Assembly (NCBI RefSeq): GCF_964355755.1
Contig: NC_092680.1
Location: forward strand, 558,001-622,000
Source of the DNA: Antedon mediterranea
Taxonomy: Eukaryota; Animalia; Echinodermata
Length of the DNA: 64,000 nucleotides
Direction of reading: 5' to 3'
Part shown: piece by piece, positions 53,831 to 64,000 of the stretch
Numbering within the stretch: the stretch's first letter is position 1
How the letters are laid out: the number at the start of each line of letters is the position of its first letter
Translations under genes and position numbers: made by a program
Notes under the pieces: model-generated
The model's database searches: none
Told to the model about the DNA's origin: nothing
Seen by the model: only the letters and a program-made list of their open reading frames with translations

Positions 53831-55026
53831 TTAGTGCGTGTGTATAACAATTGTTACACCCAAATTCCCGCTTCTTTTTTGCAGCAGCAGCCGGCACGAT
53901 GCAGATGATCAGAGAAAAAAGGAGCATTCGCTTGTTGTAGGCCTTTTTGATCAGACCATGAATGTTTATTTTTATTCCAACCACAATGTCAGTTTAGTGG
54001 TAAGTGAATCAATCCATATCTTTACATTTTATTTGTTAAAGTTAAAGTGTTCCTTTTTGATAGGCTAGAAGCTAGGCTAGTAGGCCTCTAGTAGGCTCTA
54101 TAAGCTAGCCAGGCCTGTATTAGTTAGTAGGCCTAGGCTAGGCTACTAAGCTAGGTAGGCCCTAGCCTAGGCCTAGTCTTTTTTAAATTGCACTAGGCAT
54201 TTTTCATTCAATTTATAATTATAATAGCCTAGCCTAATATACTTTATAGCCTAGGCTTATAGGCCTACTACTAGGCCTAGTTAGCCTAGGCCCTACATTG
54301 CCTATTTGTTGTTCAAAAAACATTTATTTATTCAACAATGGCATTATACAGTATAATATAATTATAGGTGTGTACATAAATGAAAACATAGTAATAAGCC
54401 ACAAGTTGTAGGCCTACTTCCCAGGGTTCAATTATAAAATAGATTTTTTAGTTTATAATATTAATACTAAATAGTTATACTGGGCTGCCTAGGCCTATTA
54501 TCAGTTTGTTAATAGGCCTAAGCCTAGTCTATTAATAGGTTATTATTGGTAGCCCTAGTATAGCTATTGTAAGTATGCAGTTGATAGATATTACAACTGT
54601 GATATTTAAATAATAGATTTCTAATGCAGTATCTAGGCCTAGAGGCCTAGGTCATCTAGCTATATCTACTGTATCTATTTGTAATAATTCTTAGTAGGCC
54701 TAAGTATATAAAATAAATAGTTTATTAATAGTTACTGGCTATTATCAGTTTCTTTATAGTCTGTTAATAGGTTACTGGTAGGTAGCCCTTGTATAGCAAA
54801 ATTCAAATGGCATATTCAACAAAAAAATGTTTAAACAATTATTTTTTCAGAGAGACGATCTTTAACCTATACAAGTACAAATTTGATGGTCAAGTGCAAA
54901 GATGATTAATTTATGGTGAAGTGTGCTTTTGCGTAATTAATTTTTCATGTCAATAGTGACAATATTTGGTGCATTTCTTATTGTCTGGTCTAATTCCATT
55001 CAGGAATTGTTTTGAATTTTGAAGTT

Positions 55027-55505
55027 TAAATAAAATGTATACTGTATATTTGGATACTGTGTCTTGTTTCATTTGATAAGTCTAGATTGTTACAAAAGTG
55101 ATGTTAAAACATGTGCAATGTTATGGTTAAGATATTAAGGTTTACAAATACTGTACTATCTTAATTTTTTGTTAAATAAATTTATAAAATGTATACTGTA
55201 TATTTGGTTACTAATGTCTTGTTTCACTTAATAAGTCTAAATTGTTACAAAAGTAACTGTTGTTGTTGTTTGGTATTCTTCCTTTTACATGTCCAGCTGA
55301 GTTAAAACATGTGCAATGGTTAAGATATTAAGGTTTACAAATAATGTACTATCTTAATTTTTTGTTAAATAAATTTATAAAATGTATACTGTATATTTGG
55401 TTTACTAATGTCTTGTTTCACTTAATAAGTCTAAATTGTTACAAAAGTAACTGTTGTTGTTTGGTATTCTTCCTTTTACATGTCCAACTGAGTTAAAATA
55501 TGTGC
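55027..55505. repeat. About 195-bp tandem duplication (~2.4 copies) inside the transposon
   Basis: ttaaaacatgtgcaatg...aataaatttataaaatgtatactgtatatttgg...ctgagttaaaa repeated. Confidence 0.85.
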
Positions 55506-55674
55506 TTAAAGTTTTCGGACTCGCATATGTATGGACAAGATTAAGGTTTACAAATACGAGAAAAAAATTAATTTGTTATTATTATTGTCATTATACATTT
55601 GTTATTTGCCAATAAGATGAATTATTGTTCTGTATCTGTATTTTAGCCAGAAAAGATTAGATTTTTAATTTCTG

Positions 55675-56753
55675 TAGATTTTAAGTATCTAAATTAACAG
55701 TAGTTAATTTATGTAGAATTTTAATAGCCAATTTATATGTAGATTTTTAATAGCCCAATAATATCTATATGTAGATTGTTAATAGCCCAATAATAGTTAT
55801 ATGTAGATTTTTAATAGTCCAATAATATCTATATGTAGATTGTTAATAGCCCAATAATAGCCAAATAATGTAGATTTTTAATAGCCCAATAATAGCCAAA
55901 TAATGTAGATTTTTAGTAGACAAATAATAGCCATTTTTAAGTAGATTTTTAACAGCCCAATAATAGCCAAATAGTGTAGATTTTTAATAGCCCAATAATA
56001 GCCAAATAATGTAGATTTTTAGTAGACAAATAATAGCCATTTTTAAGTAGATTTTTAATAGACCAATAATAGCCAAATAATGTAGATTTTTAGTAGACAA
56101 ATAATAGCCATTTTTAAGTAGATTTTTAATAGACCAATAATATCCAAATAATGTAGATTTTTAGTAGACAAATAATAGCCATTTTTATGTAGATTTTTAA
56201 TAGCCCAATAATAGCCAAATAATGTAGATTTTTAGTAGACAAATAATAGCCATTTTTATGTAGATTTTTAATAGCCCAATAATAGCCAAATAATGTAGAT
56301 TTTTAGTAGACAAATAATAGCCATTTTTATGTAGATTTTTAATAGCCCAATAATAGCCAAATAATGTAGATTTTTAGTAGACAAATAATAGCCATTTTTA
56401 AGTAGATTTTTAATAGCCCAATAATAGCAAAATAATGTAGATTTTTAGTAGACAAATAATAGCCATTTTTATGTAGATTTTTAATAGCCCAATAATAGGC
56501 AAATAATGTAGATTTTTAGTAGTTGAATAATAGCCAATTATTTAGTAGATTTTTAATAGTATATTAATAGCCAAATAATGTAGATTTTAAGTAGACAAAT
56601 TATAGCCATTTTATGTAGATTTTTAATTGCCAAATAATAGCCAATTTATACAGATTTTTAATAGCCCAATAATAGTCATTTAATTAGTAGATTTTTAATA
56701 GCCCATAAATAGCAAATTAATGTAGATTTTTAAAAGCCAAATAATAGCCAATT
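55675..56753. repeat. 35/36-bp satellite with a 71-bp dimeric higher-order repeat
   Basis: Alternating tagatttttaatagcccaataatagccaaataatg (35) and tagatttttagtagacaaataatagccatttttawg (36); degenerate at both edges. Confidence 0.95.
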
Positions 56754-58101
56754 AAGAATCCATTCTAGATAGATTATTGGTAGTCTAATCATAGTTGTAT
56801 TTAGTAGGTGTCGCCTACTAATATCATCGCGAAATATGCTAATGAGGCAAAAATCTACTAACAACTATAAAAAATCTATCAAATATCTATCTACTAGTAG
56901 GTGATAAATAGGCGACAGCTCTATATCTACTAAGCCGGATAGACTATAAGGCTAACCGCTATAGAGCTATAACTACTAAGACTTTTTGTTATGGGAACAG
57001 ATGTCTTTTAATTAACTATCTAAGTAAACTTTATTTATTCATTTGGAATTAATACATAGAGGCATTCAGTTGTAAACAACAAAAAGAAAAAAAAACCTTG
57101 ACTGACAGAGTACACTATATTTGCCTCTCTTCTTTACATCAGGGTCAAACGTTTGTGCCTAAAGAGACATTTAAAAAAATTAATAATTAAGTAATTCTTC
57201 TCATTAAACCATGATATATTGTTTTTTTAAATTCTCTTTTAATGTCACATAAAAGTCACTTTTGACCAAACATTTGATTGAAAAAAAAAATTGTTACCTG
57301 AAAAAATAGTAATTTAAAAAAAGAAGTCAACCATTTCTCAACCTGTCTGTCAAATTTAATCATTTGTTTTTTATTTATAAATGAAATTATTATTTTTGTC
57401 AATCTGTCTGATATTAGAAACACACAAATATAATAATTTAATTGGCACTAGCATAATATAGCCTACACATTATTTGGTAAATGGGAAATTGAAGATATCA
57501 TTTTAACATGTGATTTTATACATTAACTGCAAACCACAATTAATGTATACTCATAAAATGGAATCAATAATATTTACATTAATTTCTATTAGCGTCTATT
57601 GTTAATAATGTGTAGGCTGGCCATTCATGTACTTAACACAACCTTTCATTTCCTTTTACCTTGTAGTATTCACCAGACTTGACCTACTTATATAAAACCC
57701 AAGACAGTAGCTCTACAACTATGCCACTTTATGATGTACTTTTTCCTTTTAATTAACAACTCATCTGTTTACATAGATGGAGTCAGTGTAGCATTGGGTC
57801 ATCTATTATATGATATTCTGACACTTGGGTCTAATGGATGTAGTATTGCTGACCAATGAGCTCTCAGTGACCTGACCTACTTGTTTTTGCACCACTAAAT
57901 GTGTCCACTAATCAATTATCATTTATCATTCACTACAGATACCAAAATCAATAGGGTTATTACAGTTACTAGGGCTATAATAATAGTTATACTGACATTT
58001 AGTAAACTGTTAGTAGGTGTTGATGATTTTATTTTTAACTGCTGATTTAATTCATGAAATAAAGCTATACAAGATAAACATGCTATAAAGCTATAGTAGC
58101 A

Positions 58102-58192
58102 ATGAATTAGTATACAACAGATTTGAATGGAACAGTCAAATACTCCATGAATTAGTATACAACAGAGTTGAATGGAGCAGTCAAAATACTCA
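58102..58192. repeat. 46-bp tandem duplication
   Basis: atgaattagtatacaacaga.ttgaatgga.cagtcaaa twice. Confidence 0.9.
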
Positions 58193-58879
58193 ATTTAATG
58201 AATACAAATTATTCCCATGTGTATTTGTCCTAAAGTAAATTATTATTTAATTAATCAACACATATGTCACTTTTATCTTGAATCAGATGTCAAAGGCTAG
58301 GCCACACAAAATGGGGGTGTTCAGTTTTTGGCGTTCAATCAAGAATACACTTTTATACAATTCCTACTGTAGGTTAATGTGAATTAAATTGTCTTGGAAT
58401 TCAAATACAAAATTGAATAACCTTAACAAAAAATTCAAAGAAGTTTAAAATGTGAGTTATGATATTGATACTTGCATGAATGACCATAGCTGTCCAGTTT
58501 GACTTTTTGACCATAACGTTGACTACTTAAATTATTTTGCTTTTGATACTAATGCAAAATGATGTTTTAAAATGTTGAATAAAATGCATATGATAGTTAA
58601 CTTTCCAGTAGCCAGGCTCTTTCAAAAACAGAAATTTCTAAAAAAATAAGTATTCAAATCGGACTTTTCTCCCCTTTTTTCATTATTATTAACTAAACAA
58701 CATTGTATGTTCAAAGACTAACTCGGTGTGAAATTATCAGTAGCAGTGTAATTCAGTTGTGGAAGATGGTAGTAGTAGTGCCGTTTCTTTTTCCAGAACT
58801 TACTATCTCCACTTTTTTTTTTGGTCCAGTTACTTTCCTACATATCAATTAGCCACATCTGACTTTAAGAAGTTGTAAT

Positions 58880-59096
58880 TGACAGTAACTAGGTGTGAGA
58901 GTATAAAATGGATATTAGGTAGGTTACAGACAGTTACCGGGTAATAGGTATATGGCCAGTAGCTAAAGTAATGGTCAGTAACTAGGTATTATGGCCAGTA
59001 GCTAAAGTAATGGTCAGAATTCTAGATAGACAATAGGTAATAGACATCAATAGCAAGTAGCTAGGTAATGGACAGTATGTAATGGACAGTAGCTAA
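58880..59096. repeat. Degenerate ~18-bp repeat (cagtarctaggtaatgg-like)
   Basis: Includes an exact duplicate of tatggccagtagctaaagtaatggtcag. Confidence 0.7.
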
Positions 59097-62000
59097 TGAT
59101 TAATATATGAATAATTATTCAGTGTCTTATTTACTCATTGTCCAGTGATGTTGACTTTGTAGATTATTGTGTTGACCAACTTGTTAGAACTGATGGATAT
59201 CTACTTTGATTGACAATATAAAGTGTAAAATAGAAAGCAGTTCACATTTTTTAATATCTAATATTCACTAACTTCCGTGCACAAAAGGTGTTTCATCAAC
59301 CTTTTATTAACGGGTAACGAAATTATAGCTTTAGCATAAAAAAGTACACAAAGCGAAAGTGGTTTGGAGGTTATGGATGCTCTATCATTTTTACTTTTTT
59401 ATTTAGTTATTTTTTTTAAACATTTTAAGAAAGTTTAAAAAGAGATTTTTAGAAAAATACTTTTAATTTAGTTTTTGGTATTATAATTTTATTTTTCATG
59501 TTTTATAACATATTGGCATAAAGTAAAAGGAAGAGATATCTTATGCTAAGTTTAAAAATAGTAGAAAAGCTTATGTCAAAAGGTGCGGAATGTAGAGGGT
59601 TTATATTTTTTATCCATATGTTTTCCCGACTGGATGGGTGGATAACTGAGTCATGAGATCACAGATAGAGAGTATGTTATAGTTTTATGAAATTACATCC
59701 CCCCCAAAAATAAATGAAACGAACGATCCACTTTAAACAAATTAAAGAATTAAAACTGACAAAGACCACTTACCTGAATTAAGAGTCGCCTGACCCAGCT
59801 GACCCCTGTAATAATATGAACTCAACAGGGTAAAAAAAAAACGAGGTGACCTTAAGAATGATAATCATATGACCTTTCAACTGTCAATCAAAACGACGGC
59901 AGACTTAACGCCGCAAAAGTACATATAATAATAGGTTCATACAATGTACAATCATTTAATAGAGCGTATGCTGATGATTACTAACAGAAGCAATAAGTAA
60001 ATGTATTGTTAGATTTATTCCATACATTGTATTGACATGTTGAGTACAATGTAATTATTGGAGCAATAAATAATACATATACTTCTACACCCACAAGTTA
60101 AATACATATAAATTATCTAAACATTACATGTCTATGCAAAATTAATAATTATTATTTATAGTTTCAATTAATAATTGGCTTACAGTATATTGAAAAACGT
60201 ATTGTTACTAAATTTGTACAAACTGTATTTATTGTTAAATGTATATTTTCGGTAATTAAATTTTGAGAATTAAATGGATACAGTATAAACAAAATAAACA
60301 GAAGACTGGATTGGAATTAAAATGCATTCATTAAGATCTCTCCAACTTAAGGATTTCGGATTGTTTGTTGGGTTAGTTGTATTTTGTGTTAAGTCATAGG
60401 ATATTGGTTTCTCATTAGAGGTATCTTTAATTAAAGGTCCTGCATAAAGCACACTTTAGCAAATATATAAAAACTAAGTGACACATGATAAAATTGCAAG
60501 AATATTCGTAAAGTACTAAAATAAGTCATTTACGTGTCCAACTAAATAATAAATGGAGTAATAACTCAACTGCAATAATCGCAACAATAAAAATTGACAT
60601 TATAACACTTAGTAAGCACTACGGATAAGTTCTTATCACATCTCAATTACTCTTAATTCTTTCCCTGATTTATGATCGAGACAACAATGAACGCATTTTT
60701 TGAATTATTATAGTAAGATCGCTGATGTGTTGAAATAGATTGATTTTAGTCTACACGACATGTCGCTATTAAAATACTTGATAAATTTGCTAAACATAAT
60801 AAATTTCTGGTTTATAGCAATAAATCTATAAACTATAAGATAAAAATATTGTATGGTTGGAAGATATATTGTCCTCCTGAAAAAAAATTATTTAAAAAAA
60901 ATATTTTTGTTGAATATGGCATTTTAATTTTATATAATAGATATTCACTTTGACCAAAAATTAAAAAAAAAATAATTTACCTGAAAGAACTGTAATTTAA
61001 AGCAAAAAGTAGTCAAATTGGGTTTTTGGTTGAATTTAATAGTTAATTTTGTCATTTTAAAGTGAACTGAAAGCATAATTTTTATTAAGTACAGGGTTAG
61101 GTCAGCTTTTCTCACCATCATCTTTAACCACTGCTTAAAGTAAATGCTTATGTGCATTTAACTCTGTTAACTATATATAATACCACCGATGCGTTTTTAT
61201 CAGATGTTACAATAGACAACACATTTGAACAGAAAACACATTAAACCGCATGATCAACTGTATTCAACTCCGATACAGAAAAGAATGTACAAACATAGCT
61301 AGACTAAGCAGGTGAAAAGTTTTAAAGTTTTATCTCCTTTAAAATCAAACTTTAAACATGTATTTAAAATACTTGTTTATATAATTTTTCATTTTTCTGT
61401 TAGCCTAGTTTTTATTGAACTTTATTTATACCAACATTCCACCTCAGTTGTCCACTTGAAAACTATTTAAAAACCATCCCCCTCTAGATAATGCAAACAC
61501 ACGTCAGTGCATTATCCACGATTAATACAATTAGTGGAGGAAGCTTGAAAAGTATTTAGATTAAAATCTACGTTTAGCCTAGTTTCAAGTGGTATTGTTA
61601 GAACGCTTAATATCAAACATTGTATAAAGCTGTGATCAAAGAAAAGCCTTTAGGATATGGGTGATAAAACTCAGCTAATTAAACAACTAAAAGAAGAATG
61701 ATGACTGAATAGTAACAATACATTCACTTTGTTAGTTTGAAAGATGTCAGAGAGATTGAATTATGACGCAAGTTGTTGTAATACTTGTCTGGTAGTTACA
61801 AGAAAAAAGGCTAAAATGGTATCAACACTTTGTGTTATTACAATTATCCATAGTAAAAAATTGTAACCCCATTTACTCGGTATATCTTTATTTAAAAAAT
61901 GACACAAGCATCCACTGGCTGAAAGCGTAGTCGTACAGTACATCATAAGCCTACATGATAAATATAGTTTAAAAAAAAAAATATATATTTTTAAAAAAAA

Positions 62001-63797
62001 GAAGAAAAGATCATCGTACATCAAATCCTACAGCTAAAAACTAGTTATAATTCTCTTCTCATCCATTAAACAATTAAAATATCATTCTAATAATTCATTT
62101 TCCATTGAGTTTTTACTTTTATAAACTTTTAGTTGCTAAAACCAAATTTCACTTCTTGAGGCTGCGTTTTCAAATATTGTATTGTATACTTTATGTACCA
62201 TATTGTTTTGTAAAACTGTGATAGGATCATGAATAAAGTCTTATTGGTTTAGAAGACTCATAATATCGTGAAAGTCAAAGTAATAAAAGATAATACTTTT
62301 TCTTAAATTAAATGTAGTGAAAACATTTAAGGTTATTCTAGGAGAAGGTTGCCTACATATTTGTTTGCTAATGATCTTTTAAGAATGAATAATACAGTTT
62401 ATCATATCTTATTACAACTAACTATATCATTACATCGAAACAATTATCAACGAGTAAAATAAGCTGGCTGACTAAAAACTTTGGACTCCTACGATCATCA
62501 AAAGTTAGAGTTGATAGTTTCACAATATACAGAAATATATATACATAAACAGATAATTCTAAAACTCTTTGTTTTGTTTTGATTTTTAAATAATAGACCA
62601 AATATATATAACAGACTTTGAGTAATCAATGTTGGAATGCAGCTGAAAATGGAGGGCAACTATCGCCCTTCGAAATGAGTGTATCATTCACAAAAGGCTG
62701 ATCAGACGACAGATAGTAAATATGTAATGAATAAGCCATTGTCATTAAGAACATGCAATGCTATACATGAAACACACACGTGAGAAATGGGCCAGATTCC
62801 GATAGAATCGCTGTAGAGTCATTACTCTTAGATTACCAGACGTATTACATTTTCAGGCCAGTTCGTTATTCAGGACATAAAAACTACCAAATGAAACCAT
62901 TCATTTACAAAAATAAAGACGAATGCGTAACTATTGCAATGATATCATCAAGTCATCAAATCCTGGTAATAACCGTGAACTATGACATTTTATATCCAGT
63001 TATCTAGACCGTTCCTGATTTAACTGAGCCTTCTGGGATACTGTGTGCTAAAATCAAGAAGGTTTGTATATGAATAAATAACCTGGCTTTGTTTTACTGA
63101 TTTCTATTAACAAAAAAAATATTAGGTTTGATTTGATCTGTTTCATCTTTGTTCTCGAATTCAAAGATCAAGAGATCCAGAGATAGACAATGGCTGACCA
63201 TGATCAGATGATGAAAGGGATGTATATTTATGTGTCTACTTAGGTGGGACTGACTAAGGTGAGAACATTTTTAGAAAATAACTGAAGAAAACATGGAAAG
63301 AATGCAGGATATTTTATCCTTATTGCATTTCTATGTGGAGTTCATTCCCTTTATCTGTGAAGACACTAGTTGACTTATAACATTATTATTTGATGTTTAA
63401 ATTTAATAACAATATTTACAGATTTATGATCTAATATTTAAATGCTTCCTTAGAATTCTTAGAAATTAAGAAAATGAAAATGATGGGAGGTGTAAATGTC
63501 ATAACCAAAATGGAAAGAGCATACAACTTACGGTTTAATTATCAAATGATCTATTACCAGCAACAAATTTCATTAAAAAACCAACCATCCTGTTTCTACT
63601 GGCAAGAATAAGCAGAGTACAACTGTATAACACAAAACTTATTTAATTAATTAATAAGTTTGATTTATGATTCCAAAAAACAAGTCATGTTGAATCACAA
63701 TCGGACCCAAAAAAAGTAGCTTAGTACCATAGTTTTTTAAATTAAATGAAACCCAGAATTTACAACAACATTTAAACTTTTTGCACTTCAGCGAGGA

Positions 63798-64000
63798 GAG
63801 AGATAGTATTCATGTAGTAGAAAGAGAGATAGTATTCATGTAGTAGAAAGAGAGATAGTATTCATGTAGTAGAAAGAGAGATAGTATTCATGTAGTAGAA
63901 AGAGAGATAGTATTCATGTAGTAGAAAGAGAGATAGTATTCATGTAGTAGAAAGAGAGATAGTATTCATGTAGTAGAAAGAGAGATAGTATTCATGTAGT
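63798..64000. repeat. 26-bp minisatellite (gagagatagtattcatgtagtagaaa), at least 7.8 copies, runs off the window
   Basis: Perfect 26-bp period. Confidence 0.97.

Larger units (their letters stand above)
51122..56995. mobile_element. Non-autonomous CACTA/EnSpm-like DNA transposon (5874 bp) with two internal satellites
   Basis: Imperfect 23-bp TIRs CCCATAACGAAATAACTAAGTAG / CTACTAAGACTTTTTGTTATGGG, AA flanking both ends (2-bp TSD), TAG/CTA-rich subterminal regions, no transposase ORF. Confidence 0.75.

Noticed and set aside
51431-56753. CRISPR-like arrays
   Set aside because: Pure tandem repeats without unique spacers, no cas genes, eukaryotic context; same applies to the 26-, 37- and 46-bp minisatellites.

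Overview
AT-rich, intron-dominated animal genomic DNA; no prokaryotic genes, CRISPR array, rRNA or intact tRNA gene were found. The only recognisable gene is the 5' half of an eyes absent (Eya) gene on the minus strand. Eight small GT-AG exons between 906 and 20373 splice in consistent phase into the P/S/T/Y-rich N-terminal region (IKRHSGYDENGLDTHPSESR-SMEIGQLGSP...IKSEPIS...SQAYPHII...GSSFTG...GFGSTPQQ-GLDYSATYP...TYQLAPLPEE). This chain parallels human EYA1/EYA4 as I recall them, which suggests a deuterostome invertebrate (inference). The C-terminal phosphatase (Eya domain) exons lie off the left edge. Several candidate micro-exons and alternative first exons fit the reading phases. The remaining ~44 kb (20.4-64 kb) has no recognisable host coding exon and is long intron or upstream regulatory DNA. 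It holds a 5.9-kb CCC...GGG CACTA/EnSpm-like element with two internal satellites and a 1.35-kb non-autonomous Helitron. MITEs, LINE 3' ends and minisatellites are scattered across the window. Most ORF-track entries are chance ORFs or exon read-through. I found no evidence of a novel multi-gene system; the best leads concern Eya splicing architecture and transposon-satellite structure. All homology statements are from memory, not database searches.
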